DNA of 64,000 nt, from contig NC_086097.1 of the NCBI RefSeq assembly GCF_963921235.1, positions 78,680,001 to 78,744,000 on the forward strand. Direction: 5' to 3'. The DNA comes from Mobula hypostoma (Eukaryota). A program made the translations under genes and the position numbers. The notes below the pieces were generated by a model, which saw only the letters and a list, made by a program, of their open reading frames with translations, searched no databases and was not told the DNA's origin. Each line of letters opens with the position of its first letter. Within the stretch, counting starts at the first letter, position 1. This document shows positions 13,047 to 26,830 of this stretch, in pieces.

Positions 13047-13340
13047 ACTGAAGGAAGAGTGAGTAAGGGATTTGAAAGTTGGAGGGGGAGGGGGAGATCC
13101 AAAATGATAGGAGAAGACAGGAGGGGGAGGGATAGAGCCAAGAGCTGGACAGGTGATAGGCAAAAGGGGATACGAGAGGATCATGGGACAGGAGGTCCGG
13201 GAAGAAAGACAAGGGGGGGGGTGACCCAGAGGATGGGCAAGAGGTATATTCAGAGGGACAGAGGGAGAAAAAGGAGAGTGAGAGAAAGAATGTGTGCAAA
13301 AAAGTAAGTAACAGATGGGGTACGAGGGGGAGGTGGGGCC

Positions 13341-15688
13341 TTAGAGGAAGTTAGAGAAGTCGATGTTTATGCCATCAGGTTGGAGGCTACCCAGAAGAAA
13401 TATAAGGTGTTGTTCCTCCAACCTGAGTGTGGCTTCATCTTTACAGTAGAGGAGGCCGTGGATAGACATGTCAGAATGGGAATGGGATGTGGAATTAAAA
13501 TGTGTGGCCACTGGGAGATCCTGCTTTCTCTGGCGGACAGAGCGTAGATGTTCAGCAAAGCGGTCTCCCAGTCTGCGTCGGGTCTCGCCAATATATAAAA
13601 GGCCACATCGGGAGCACCGGACGCAGTATATCACCCCAGTCGACTCACAGGTGAAGTGTTGCCTCACCTGGAAGGACTGTTTGGGGCCCTGAATGGTGGT
13701 AAGGGAGGAAGTGTAAGGGCATGTGTAGCACTTGTTCCGCTTACACGGATAAGTGCCAGGAGGGAGATCAGTGGGGAGGGATGGGGGGGACGAATGGACA
13801 AGGGAGTTGCGTAGGGAGCAATCCCTGCGGAATGCAGAGAGAGGGGGGGAGGGAAAGATGTGCTTAGCGGTGGGATCCCATTGGAGGTGGCGGAAGTTAC
13901 GGAGAATAATATGTTGGACCCGGAGGCTGGTGGGGTGGTAGGTGAGGACCAGGGGAACCCTATTCCTAGTGGGGTGGCGGGAGGATGGAGTGAGAGCAGA
14001 TGTACGTGAAATGGGGGAGATGCGTTTAAGAGCAGAGTTGATAGTGGAGGAAGGGAAGCCCCTTTCTTTAAAAAAGGAAGACATCTCCCTCGTCCTAGAA
14101 TGAAAAGCGTCATCCTGAGAGCAGATGCGGCGGAGACGGAGGAATTGCGAGAAGGGGATGGCGTTTTTGCAAGAGACAGGGTGAGAAGAGGAATAGTCCA
14201 GATAGCTGTGAGAGTCAGTAGGCTTATAGTAGACATCAGTGGATAAGCTGTCTCCAGAGACAGAGACAGAAAGATCTAGAAAGGGGAGGGAGGTGTCGGA
14301 AATGGACCAGGTAAACTTGAGGGCAGGGTGAAAGTTGGAGGCAAAGTTAATACAGTCAGCGAGTTCTGCATGCGTGCAGGAAGCAGCGCCAATGCAGTCG
14401 TCGATGTAGCGAAGGAAAAGTGGGGGACAGATACCAGAATAGGTACGGAACATAGATTGTTCCACAAACCCAACAAAAAGGCAGGCATAGCTAGGACCCA
14501 TACGGGTGCCCATAGCTACACCTTTAGTTTGGAGGAAGTGGGAGGAGCCAAAGGAGAAATTATTAAGAGTAAGGACTAATTCCGCTAGACGGAGCAGAGT
14601 GGTGGTAGAGGGGAACTGATTAGGTCTGGAATCCAAAAAGAAGCGTAGAGCTTTGAGACCTTCCTGATGGGGGATGGAAGTATATAAGGACTGGACATCC
14701 ATGGTGAAAAAATAAAGCGGTGGGGGCCAGGGAACTTAAAATCATCGAAAAGTTTAAGAGCGTGAGAAGTGTCACGAACATAGGTCGGAAGGGATTGAAC
14801 AAGGGGTGATAAAACCGTGTCGAGGTATGCAGAAACGAGTTCGGTGGGGCAGGAGCAAGCTGAGACAATAGGTCGGCCAGGACAGGCAGGTTTGTGGATC
14901 TTGGGTAGGAGGTAGAAACGGGAAGTGCGGGGTGTGGGAACTATAAGGTTGGTAGCAGTGGATGGGAGATTCCCAGAGCGGATAGAGTCGGTAATGGTGT
15001 GGGAGACAATGGCCTGGTGCACCTTAGAGGGGTCACGATCGAGGGGTAAATAAGAGGAGGTATCCGCGAGTTGTCGCTGTGCCTCGGCAAGGTAGAGGTC
15101 AGTACGCCAGACTACAACAGCAGCCCCCTTATCGGCGGGTTTAATAATAATGTTAGGATTAGTGCGGAGGGAGTGGAGAGCAGAGCGTTCCGAAGGAGTG
15201 AGGTTGGAATGGGGACAAGGTGCGGTGAAGTCGAGACGGTTGATGTCCCGTCGGCAGTTGGCAATAAAGAGATCCAGAGCAGGCAGAAGACCAGAGCGGG
15301 GTGTCCATGAAGAAGAGGAGGGTTGAAGATGGGAGAAGGGGTCATCGGTGGGGGTGGAAGAGTCCTTGCCGAAGAAGTAGGCTCGGAGACGGAGACGGCG
15401 GAAGAAAAGTTCCGCATCATGGCGAACACGGAACTCGCTGAGGTGTGGGCGAAGGGGGACAAACGTGAGGCCCTTACTGAGAACAGAGCGTTCTGCCTCC
15501 GACAGTTGAAGGTCGGAGGGGATGGTAAAGACCCGGCACGGATGAGAGCTGGGATCAGAGCGGGGAGGGGGGAGGCTGGGGGTGTCAATGGAGAGGGGAG
15601 GGTTGGGGTGACAGGAAGATGGAGCCTCTGAGGGCCCAGGAGCTGACGGTGGGATCTGAGGGAGTCGGGAGTCACAACAGCAGCACAT
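13341..15688 (-). pseudogene. Penelope reverse transcriptase + GIY-YIG endonuclease (frameshifted near 14707-14712)
   Basis: KPADKG, YLLPKIHK, PGRPIVS, MDVQSLYTSI, GVAMGTRMGPSYA, LRYIDD, YYKPTDS, CKRNKCYTC, VIYCVRC..LYIGET. Confidence 0.93.
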
Positions 15689-16309
15689 AAAGACCCGGCC
15701 TGGAGTTCAAGGCTGGAATCTTGAGAGCTGGGATCAGAGGGGGGAGGGGGGAGGCTGGGGGTGTCAGTGGAGAGAGGAGGGTTGGGGTGAGAGGAAGATG
15801 GAGCCTCTGAGGGCCCAGGAGTTGACGGTGGGATCTGAGGAAGACGGGGCTGCGGAGTGGTGGTGGGTGAAGGGGAGACGGGAGTCACAACAGCAGCACA
15901 TAAAGACCCGGCCTGGAGTTCAAGGCTGGAGTTGCAGTTGGTGGTTGCGCAATCGCTGTGAAGGTGTCCATGGTCGTTGCTGGAGTCCGGGTTTTGAGTA
16001 TGCCCTGAGGTGTTGGAGCCGGCGAGATCAATGGCAGAGGCAATCTGAAGTTCATGCCTGCTAGCGTCGGGGCCGGCAGGCTCTGGAGTCCGTAGATGTA
16101 GGATCTTGCGATCTTTGCCTAACATGACAAAGTCAAAAAAACGGCGATCGCGGAGGATGAAATAACGGGTAGGACCATTACAGACGGCGAAGAAAGTGTC
16201 CCGAAGGTGTGGAAGGGTCTGGGATAGGGACACCAAGTACTTCCATTCTGTTCAATTTTACATACTTATTAAAGAGAGGAGTTTGGAGTTCCATTCTGGC
16301 CTCATCTAA

Positions 16310-16515
16310 AAAGAGTCTGTCCATCACCCCTGTGGAATGCATGGGTGTTTTCCGGGTCATCTGGTTTCCTCCCGCAGTCCAAAGACTACAGGGTAGGTTA
16401 ATTTGGTCATCATAAGTTGTCCTATGGGTAGGTTACAGTTAAATCACGGTTCTATGGGGTTGCAAGGCAGTGTAGCTCCAAGGGCAGGAAGGACATATTC
16501 TATGCTGTATCTCCA
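16310..16515 (+). mobile_element. V-SINE (HE1-like) fragment
   Basis: V-domain-like tccgggtcatctggtttcctcccgcagtccaaaagac followed by a CR1-type tail ctatgctgtatctc. Confidence 0.7.
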
Positions 16516-17544
16516 AGTTTTTTCCCCCCTATTTGGCATGCCAACAAAACAACCTGACCCAAAATTTCTCAAAAGTCAATGGAATTCTTATCCCAGCACG
16601 GACATAATGGACTAAAGAGCCTGTTTCTGTCCTGTGCAGCTCTATGATTCTAAAGCCACTTCCCACTGATGTTCTCCTGTGGTTATGATAAAGTTTTAGC
16701 CATTAGAATCCTACTACACTTCATAAAGGAACTCGACCTCTTCGTATTTCTTTCCAGTGTTCATAAAGCAATTTTCCCATAAAACCTTTTACAATCTCAA
16801 CTTTTCCTCATTTGTATTTATCTTCCTTCCTTTTTTACCCACAAACTACATTTCCATTGTTTCATACTTCCTGTTTCGGGTGGAATGAATTCTGAATTGT
16901 CACAAGATTAGGAATTCCCAAATAAGAATAGAAACTGGACCTTTTCTTAAGCTGAAGTCTCAACAATGACTCAGATTGATATAGCATCTTTGATCTTTTC
17001 AGAGTGTCTCAAGTCACTTCACAGGTTCATGAACAACTTTTGCCTTTCCCGAGCACATTATTGATAAATAAAAATCATTAAAATATGCAGTCATATGGCT
17101 TAATAAACTTTGTTCAAGCCTGCAAGTCAATCGCTCCAAGGAATTGAAATAAAATTAAAATTGTTTTAACATTTAAAACACAATTAAACTACAAACAACT
17201 TTAACTATGGTGCACAAATTTTTTCCGTTATATTATTTTATAATAAAAGTAACAGCCACATAATGTTATGGGATTGTTTATACACAGAGTAGTCAATCAA
17301 AATACACCTACCAAATAGACAAACAACAAGTGATAGCATTTTTTTTACTAATTGAAAGTAGTGAGCTGGTCAATGCAGTTCAAACTATTCTTTCTTTTTG
17401 GTCACATGAACAATAATATATGTACGTACCAGACAGAAACATCATACCATAGACCATTTTATGTGTGTTTTGGAAAGTGCAGAGAAAATATAAAGGTGTC
17501 ATCTATAGAGTATCAGTGCAATTTGGGGTTTGATTATGTATTGG

Positions 17545-17885
17545 TTCTATTATTGAACCAGTAATCCAGAGACCTGGGTTCATTTTGCAGACTGTACAAG
17601 TTAAAATTCCATCTTGGCAGTTCAAGAATCAGAATTCAATTTCAAAAGAGATAGAGATTTTTAAAATATTTCAATAATTGTGACCATGAAACTTGCAGCT
17701 CCCACCTGACCCATGTGTGACCTCACTCCCAAATCACTAAGGTTAAGTTTTACCTGCACTCTGAGATCTCTCAAAATACATTGAGTTGTATCAAAGAGAT
17801 AAAAATGCAATGCCCAGTGCCATATTATCAGGCCACACAGGAATGGCTAATAATTTTCAAACAAACCAGCAATGCCCTTATTCCA
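17545..17885 (+). mobile_element. Old Deu-domain-type SINE, antisense and just downstream of the GPR176 stop
   Basis: agtaatccagagacc, gaattcaat, gtgaccatgaaac and ctgcactctgaga motifs; related decayed copies at ~28040-28260 and ~63400-63650. Confidence 0.5.
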
Positions 17886-18470
17886 ACAGTACATTTTAAG
17901 GACTGATAAAATGGCTTGAGAAGTGATACTAACTAATTAGTGGAAGAATCTCATCCTTCGGTTCCAGATGAAACTGAATTACTATAAAAGAATGTGGCAT
18001 TCTGGCTGAATTTGATACTGCAGTACAAGAATCTATAGGATGGCGATAAAGCAGGGCTGATGAAATCATCCAGAAAAACTGCTACTTTCACCTTCAGATT
18101 CAAGTCAAATACAGATGAATATCAATTTTAAGTAAGATTAAGCAATCCTATACAAAATAAGAAAATAAATAACTTCTCACTTTTGAATGTCAATGGATTA
18201 AAGTATTTCCCACTCACTCTTCCATGTCAAAATATGAACTATTTGCAATTCAGATGGTGAAACAAGGAAGTTCAAATGCAAATCCTTCTGATCATTGGCC
18301 ACAGGAGCACTGCTAATTGAAGAATGAGTCTGTAGCTTGTACTTCATTTGCTTTAAAAATAGTTTGACATACAATATTGTGTAGGCAGTGCTATGTTACT
18401 GTGTGCTATAGAAACTGATAGGACTGTGTTTTCAAAACATTCTTCACTCTTGCTGGACTAAATCGAAGGA

Positions 18471-19596
18471 CTAAGAATCCACTTTGGGAAAAATGCTGAT
18501 TTTATTGTTCCTGCTAATCTTCCGCTCTGCTTTGAACTTTGGTTGCTTGTCAGCTGTCTGAATCAGTTCCTCTGGTGTGTTACCCAAGGGGGGCAAGAGC
18601 CTTTTCTTGCTGTTTCGTGTCTCGGAGAGCCACTGTGGAGGAAGTTCGAATGGGCCAAAGCCAAACTGCATTTCATACTTGTCGGAGACTGCATCTGAAT
18701 CTGGAGGTGCTGCTGTTGCTCCTGGCACTGCACCCGGATCATTGTTAACGTGTGGAGTAACTTTGGTCTCTAAAGACTGCTCCACCTCCAAACTAGCAGT
18801 AGGTATTTCTTTCTGCCGGCATTCACTAGATGCCAGCGACTTAATCTCATTTACGTCCTCCTCCTCCTCATCCGAAGGTTTGAAGATCTGCTGCTGTCCA
18901 ATATGGAACATCTCAAGCAATTGACTGCCTGACCGAACCCCAGGCTCAAGTGTGGCATCGCTGAGGGCACCAGAGTTTATGATGTTCCGTCTACTGTACC
19001 TGCGATGGAGCTGAATCATGGTCCCCACTAAGCACTTCCGGACAGACTTATTGACAGTCAGGAAGAGTAATGGGTTAGTGAGCAGAGAAACTTTGGGCAA
19101 CCAGATGGCTGTCAGCATCAAAAAGACAGAAATATCGGTGATATTAAAAATGATTCGATAAATCACAAAGACCACATAAGGAACACTGCAAACAATAAAT
19201 ACCAGCACCATAGAGAGCAGCATAGCATGTAGTTCAGCCTCCCGCTGGGAAACATACGGGATTGAAATTATGTTCTGTGGAGTTCGTAATGCAGCAATAA
19301 TTACTTTCTTCTTCTGGCTGGCACTGAGAGCTCTGCGAATCAGAATCATCACCAAGAACACCATGGCTATTGGCAGTATCACGGTGGTGACATGATATAC
19401 AATTACATAAGTCAGGTGTCCAAAAGAATGGTTCCATGAGCTGCTGCATGTAGACATGGCATAGATATCTGAAACACTAGTCACCGCGAAAACTGGAGCA
19501 CTGGCTAATACTGCATGAATCCAGATGTAGATCACCAAGTCCCTGGACTTTGTATCAGAGATCTTCCTCTCTAAAGGATATAAGACAGAGTAGTAC
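18471..19596 (-). CDS. GPR176: GPR176 terminal coding exon (ICL2 to TM7 and long C-tail)
   Basis: Acceptor ttttttaattacAG|G TAC TAC completes the DRYYSVLYPLERKISD motif with the upstream exon. Contains SQKKKVIIAALRTPQ, QREAELHA, NPLLFLTVNKSVRKC, FGFGPFELPPQWL and ends IFPKVDS-stop. Confidence 0.97.
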
Positions 19597-20529
19597 CTGT
19601 AATTAAAAAAAAGTGTGAATGCACAAGTCACCCTTGCTCACTCTCTCTACATTTAGAACATTACAGCACAGTACAGGCCATTCAGGCTACAAATTTAGTG
19701 GCATAAAATTCTTCCCAGATGCTTTCTTGATTATTTCGTGCTCATGAAATTTACTTTTATTAACTTTTCCTTATCCTAATTTTCTGCAGCATTGTTTACT
19801 AATCCTGAGCTTTGTCCTAATTATTCTACAGAACTTTCATTACTTCCTCCCAGCTAGGTCTCTGAACTCATTTGCCTTGTGCTACTTGTTACTGTGACCT
19901 CTAAAATATTTTATTCTTATTCTGTGACTTGCGTGTCAACAAACCCACCAAACTAGATTCATCAGATCTGTTCTTTCAACATAACACACCATCTGGCAGT
20001 GATAATTTCTTTCTGTTCTTATTTCTAATCAAATTGGTTCCCTTCATTAAAAATAATACCAAACACAAATCCCTTTTGAAAATAAATCATTCAACTTGGT
20101 CTTTGGAAGTTTATCTTGAAATTCACTGAATTATTTATTTTGTGACATAAAGTAGGATTAACATTAAGCTATTTACCCTCTCAGGTATATCCAGGGGTTC
20201 CCAATCTTTTTTATGACATGGACCAATACTATTAAGCAAAGGGTCCACACTGGGAGCTGCTGCTTTAATGAAATCTTAATTCCACCCAAACAAATATCAT
20301 TCTTTACAGTTCTAAAATGCCATGAGCCTTATAACCTCATAAAATCTTAATATAAATTGTCATCTTGATATCCCTCAAAAGTTTCATTTTGTATTCCCTT
20401 TTTTCATGTTTTACTACTCTTTTGTTTCTTTTGCTAGTGTTGCATCTTTCCTAGTTAGCTGTACTTCCATAATTAATTGAATGCCAAACCCTTCGCTTTA
20501 GTGTTAATTCTCTAACAACGATGGCTGTC

Positions 20530-21470
20530 ATATTTGGTCAGGAGGTTTAAACTAAAGTGGCAGAGGGATGGAAACCTACTGGCAAGGCATGAGCAGTGGA
20601 AATTAGGATTGAGACAAAGTACAGGAAGGAGAAAAACTAAAGCCAAAGACAGAGCAATCAAGGATGAAAAATAAACAGGATTACAATGCAAAATAATACT
20701 AAAATGACCAAGAGAGTCAAAGCTAAAAGCTGTGTTCTTAATGTATAGAATGTTTGTAATAAAGTGGATGGATTAATAATGCAAATGGATATGCAATAAA
20801 TGGGTCTGAAATAACTGGGTTTATGGAGACATGAGAGCAGGAGGATCAAGGATGGGAACTGAATGTTTAGGAATATTCAATACTTAGGAAGGAAGGGCAA
20901 AAAGTAAAGGAGTTGGAATTGTGTCACTGATGAAAGAAAAGATTAATATAACAGTGGGAAAGAATATCAGTTCATATAATGTGGAATCTGTAAGGTTTGA
21001 GCTAAGAAATACAAAGGATAGAAAAAGTTAGTGGGAAATATATACCTTATAGACCCTAAAACAGTAGTGAAGTTATTAGGAGCAGCATTAAGCAAGAAAT
21101 GTACATGCAATAAAAATACTACTGTAATCGTGGATGGTTAGAGACGTCATAGCTTCATTTCAGTTCATATTTCAGACCTAAGTAGCACCCCCATATAGTG
21201 GGGTAGGCTATTTAAGACTGAAATGAGGAGCAACGTTTTTGTCAAAAGAATGGCGAATCTGTGGAACTCCCCACTACAGAAGGAAGTTGAGGCCTATCTG
21301 TTGAATATATCACAGAAGGAGTTAGATATAGTACTAAAGACGAAAGAGATCAAGCAAAATGTGGAGAAAACAGGAGAATGAATTTGGATAATTAGCCAAG
21401 ATCATACTGAATGGTAAAGCAGGCCTGGATAGCTGAATGATTTATACCTTCTCTAACTTCCTTGTTTCTA
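20530..21470 (+). mobile_element. Old internally deleted CR1 LINE
   Basis: ggtttaaactaaagtggcagagggatgg (ORF1 end), endonuclease remnants, and 3' UTR gaatctgtggaactc...gaatggtaaagcaggc. Confidence 0.65.
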
Positions 21471-23736
21471 ATTTGCTTTTAGGAATACTACCTTGCTGTT
21501 ACTCGGTCTTTTTTTCTGAGAACAATTTTGCATCATAAATCTTTGTCCAACAGCTTTCAATCATTCTCATGTTCCTTGCCAAAATCTTATCCTTGGCATT
21601 AATGTTATGTTCCCTCTTTTTAATCCTAATAATGATTTTGGATACATTATGTTATTGATGATGATTACTTTTTGGAAAATATTAATAAATGTCTGTCTCA
21701 TTACCCATTAACAATTCTAGTATGACCTGCCTTCTTGTTGGTCTGGACTATATTGCTGGCACATTTGTCCCCATTTTCTTGAAGTCCATCTATATCCAAT
21801 ACATATGCTGGTTACTGTTGTTAATTCAATATGGCCATCATGCTTCAAAAAAAAGAATTATTCATTACTTTGAATTTAATAATAAACTGCCCAAGAGATT
21901 ATTTTAGGACTACAATTAAAGTTAAACAGAGCATATTGTTTAAAAAATGAAGTTGTGCCAAGTTTGCACAGTTTTGGTGAGGCAATAAGTAGTTTTTTAA
22001 CAAAGTCCAACTCATTAGCTGCAAATAACTACATACCAAATGCAAATTATTCATTTAAATTTGTTGCTTTCATTCTTGTGCTGATTCAATGTTCCTCTTC
22101 AAAATGTATATGAAAAGTGTTAAACAAAGGCTGAATTATGCCAAAACTGCAAGACACCATGATGGGAAAGCATGGTTAATCCTGTGGAAATGTGAAGATA
22201 CATCAAGTCAGATCTGATTTTGACTCTCCAAGTGTAACCTCCGTGGAGACAGATTGGTTTTGATAGATAACTGTTGAATAGAGCCAATTATTCCAAATGA
22301 TGGAAAGGCTTCCTCAGCAATAAAAAGCATCATCAAAATAACTTCAGGATGACAACAAATGTGGTCTCTATATAACTTCAGAATATTTTAACTTTAGTTC
22401 TTAAACAAGAGCTCTGTTATACAAGCTGCTCTTGAACTGCATTAAAATACTCATATGTATGTAAAAATGTTCTCAGACTTACCATCAAACCATATATAAA
22501 CAACATCTACATTAAAAACCTTCAAATTATTTAAAAGGAGCATTATTAGGAATGTTGTTCATTGCCACTAAAGTAAAGGTCCAAATAGGAAAGTAGCATT
22601 TATAATGAAAACGTCCTCTATATTAGACAACAATATTTTATGATCTTTGAACTCTTTATATTTGAACTCTTATCTCCCGAAAACCACCATGAAGACTGAT
22701 GAGAACGTGGATCATTTGGAGAGGTTGGGTGGAAGCGAGCTGGAGAAATATGTGGATATGAGTAAGTAAGTGTGGGAAAATGAGATATAAAAGACCTAAG
22801 AGTTCTATCTTTTGTCAAAGGCGGCACTTGTAGAAATTTAAAACCCTTATTGTATTGAAGTAAGTAAATTGAAGTATTACTGAAGCATGTTGTAAAGAAT
22901 TTAACTAAAACTCAGAAAATTGAAACTATAGCAACATAAGTAAAAGATAATATTCTCTTTTGCAGAAGGAAAGAAAAAAACATGGGACATTTTTATTGAT
23001 AAGAAGTAAAGTGAGCTGAGGCTAGTTGTTTGACTTGCAACTGGATCAATTATCTGCGCAAGAAGCTCAAAACTGTAATGGGCCTTATCGATTTGCTGCT
23101 GACAGTCCGACATTTAAATGGAAGCATGTCCCATATGTCCCTACGAGTGTTGTGTATTTGGTAGTTCCCGAATGGCAGATGGTAAAGCATCTGAAACTAT
23201 ATTTCAGGTGGAGTCTACTTAGCAGTGAAGCATAGGCTCGCAGAAATTTCCAAACATTATGCTGGGTAATTTTCAGGGATCAGATCAGAACCAAATCAAA
23301 TTTCTGGCTTCATGCACATCTAATGGTTTAAGCAAACTATAATTTGTATATGTGTACTTTCACTTGCCCAAGCTTTAAACAGTGAAATCCACTCTCTAAC
23401 CTGACCACCTCTCCAAGTGTGTCTCCTCATTTAAGATGTTCTTGAAAATGGTGTTTCCTTGACCAGTTTTTAACCATCTGTACTATTAATACTTCATGTA
23501 CCCTTGTATATTTACCAGAGCTTTTCCAGCTATTCCGCTGGGTTTCTCTGTCTCTATGGAGCATGCAGGACTCCTTCAATATGAAAATGATATCACCGGT
23601 TGTGATTTCAAAGTGCAAAGCTGGCCTTTACCTGTCTTGTGCTCTAGCTTTGCCTCTGGCCTAACAATATCTGAAATGCCCTCATTACAGCAGCAAGTGA
23701 AGGACGATAATTCTGGACTGGCATTCCTTACATTAT

Positions 23737-26700
23737 AGAATGGTACAACACAATACAGGCCATTTGACCCACAATGTCATGCCAACCTTTTATCCTATGC
23801 TAAAATCAATCTAATGTTTCCTGCATAATCCTCAAATTTTCTTACATTTTTTTTGTTATAAACTCTGTATGACACTTTTTGAAATTATTTGACAGAAAAG
23901 GAACGGTTGTAGACACAGCTGTGTCCTTGTACACCACAGATTCTGCAAATCTTGGAAATCCTAAGTAATACAACCAAAACGCTGGAGAAACACGAAGTCA
24001 GGCAGCATCTATGGAGAGGAATAAACACTCAACATTTGAGGCTAAGACTCTTCATCGTCAACTGTTTATTTCTCCCCATAGACGCTATTTTTCTTACATC
24101 TATGTACCTACCTTAAGAGTCTCTTAGATGTCCCTCATATCTCTACCACCACCCCCGGCAGTACGTTCCACACTCCCACCACTCACTGTGCAAAGAACCT
24201 ACCTCAGACATTCTCCTATACTTTCTTCCAATCACTTTAAAATTATGCCCTCTCATATTAGCTATCTCCACCCTCGGAAAAAGGTGCTGTCTGCCAACAC
24301 TATCAATCCCTCATCTTCTTATACACCACTAACATCTTTCACCCTCTTTCATTCCAAAGAGAAAAACCCAGATTGCTTAAACTTGCCTCATAAAACAAGC
24401 TCTCTAATCCCGGCAGCATCCTAGTAAGTCTTCTCTATCCCCTCTCTAAAGTTTCCAACATCCTTTCTATAATGAGCTGAACAGAACTGAACACAATACT
24501 CCAAGTTTAATCTAACCAGAGTTTTATAAATCTGCAACATTCCCTTGCAGCTCTCGAACTCAATCCCCCCTGACTAATTAAGACCGACACACCATTCACC
24601 TTCTTAACCATCCTATCAAATTTTGTGGCAACTTTGAGAGATCTACAGACGTGGACCCTAAAATCCTGCTGTTCCTCCATACTGTTAAGAATCCTATCAT
24701 TAACCCTGTACTCTGCCTTCAGGTTTGACTTTCTGAAGAATACTGTATCACAGTTTTCCATATTCAACTCCATCTGCCACTTACTTCTCAACCGAGCTTG
24801 CCTCCTATCAATGTCCCATTGTAACCTATGACAACCTTCTACATTGTCCGCAGCACCACTAACCTTCATGTCACCTGCAAACTTACTAACTCACCCTTGC
24901 ACCTCCTCATCCAAGTTATTGATAAAAGTCATAAAGAGCAGGGATCCCGGAAAATATCCCTGTGCAACACCACTGGCCACTGGCCACCCAGCAGAACACG
25001 CTCCATCTGCAATCACCCTCTGCCTTCTGTGGGCAAGTCAATTCTAAATCCATACAGCCAAATTTCCCTGAATCTCATGACCCCTGACTCTCTGAATGAG
25101 CCTACCATGGGGAACCTTGTCAAATGCCTCACAAAAATCCACATACACCACACCCACTGCCCTACCTCCATCAACTTGTTCTGTCATTCCCTCTGGGAAT
25201 TCAATCAGGCTCATGAGGCACAACTTGCCCTCCACAAAGACATGCTGACTATCCCTAATTGGACTATGCTTCTCCAAATGCTTGTGAAAACTTTCTCTAG
25301 GAATCCTCACCAACAGCTTGCCCACCACTGATATAAGACTCATTAGTCTATAATTCACCAGATTATCCCTATTATTTTTTTGAACAAAGGAACAACATTT
25401 GCCACCTTCCAATCTTCTGGTACTACTCTTGTGGCCAGTGAAGACTCAGACAACATCACCAAAGGTGCAGCAATCTCTTCCTTCACTTCCTGTAGTAACC
25501 TGAGGTATATTCCGTATGGCTCCAGGAACATACCTATCCTAATGCTTTTCAATAGTTCCAAGAAATTCTCTTTCTTAATGTCAACACGTTCCAGTATTTC
25601 AGCCTGTTTTATGCTATCCACACATTCGTGAACGTCCATCTCACTGGTAAATACTGAAGCAAAGTATTCATTAAGGACATCCCTACTTACTCCGACCCAG
25701 GCACATGTTTCCTCTTCTATCACTGCTTGGTCTTACCCTCACTCTAGTCATCCTCCGATTCTTCACATACATGTAGGATGCCTCAGAATTTTCCTTAATC
25801 CTACTCACCAAGGCCTTCTCATGTCTCCTTCTAGCTTTCCCACGTCCCTTCTTAAGCTCCTTCCTGGCTACCTTGTTACTCTCTAGAGCCCTGTCTGAAC
25901 CTTGCTTCCTAAACCTTAAGTAAGCTTCTTTCTTCCACTTGACTAGATGTTCCACATCTTTTGTCAACCATGGTTCCTTCACCCTGCCTCATTGGACAAA
26001 CCTATCCAAAACTCCGTGCAAGTGCTCCCTGAACAAACTCCACATTTCTGTTGTACATTTTCCCGAGTGCATCTGTTCCTAATTTATGCTCCCAGGTTCC
26101 TACCTAATAGCATCATCATTCTCTCTCTCCCATTTAAATACTTCCCCATAGCATGTGCTCCTATTCCTCTCCAAGGCTATAGTAAAGGTCAGGGAGTTGT
26201 GGTCACTGTCTCTGACATCTCGCCCACTGAGAGATCTGCTACCAGGGTTCATTGCCTAGCACCAAGTCAGTATAGCCTCTTCTCTTTTCGACATGTCTAT
26301 GTATTGTGGCAGGAATCCTTCCTGGACACACCTACCAAATTCTACCCATTTAAACCTTTTGCACTACAGAATTGCCAATCAATATTAGGGAAGTTAAAGT
26401 CACCCATGACAATATTCCTGTTATTTCTGCACCTTTCCAAAATCTGCCTCCCAATCTGTGTCTCAGTGTCTAGGTTGCTATGAGGAGTCCATAGAATACT
26501 CCCAATAGTGTGATTGCTCCCTTCCTGTTTCTGACCTCCACCCACACTGACTCAGTAGACAATCCCTCCACCATGGCCTCCCTTTCTACAGCTATGATAC
26601 TATTCCTGATTAGCAAATCCACTCCCCACCTATTTTACCTCTCTCTCCCTGAGCCTTTTGAAACATCTAAACCACAAAACATCCAGTAGCCATTCCTATA

Positions 26701-26830
26701 CTTGTGACAGCCAAGTCTCTGTAATGACTACAACATCATAGTCCCATGTATAGATCCATGCCCAAAATTCATCACCCTTGTTCCTGATACCTCTTACTTT
26801 AAAGTAGACATATTTCAATCCAGCCAACTC
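23737..26830 (-). mobile_element. CR1 LINE (endonuclease + RT, disrupted), interrupted at ~23938-24087
   Basis: ORFs give IVMGDFNFPNIDW, VPEDWKVANVVPLFKK, NYRLMSLISVVGKL, VYVDFCEAFDKVPHGRL. Confidence 0.9.
23938..24087. mobile_element. Fold-back Penelope terminal fragment (decayed hammerhead)
   Basis: agcatctatggagaggaataaaca is followed after ~35 nt by its inverted copy tgtttatttctccccatagacgct. Confidence 0.65.

Larger units (their letters stand above)
12912..16241 (-). mobile_element. Young 5'-truncated Penelope-like retroelement
   Basis: 10-bp TSD TCCATTCTGT (12902-12911, 16242-16251). ORF pieces 15112-16236, 14585-15688 and 13341-14702 carry RT and GIY-YIG; CpGs are retained. Confidence 0.95.

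Noticed and set aside
16600..18470. GPR176 polyadenylation site
   Set aside because: I could not identify a convincing minus-strand AATAAA with downstream element, so the 3' end is not called.
19597..19631. N-terminal MTCAFTLFFNY of the 386-aa ORF
   Set aside because: Intronic polypyrimidine tract upstream of the splice acceptor; not part of GPR176.
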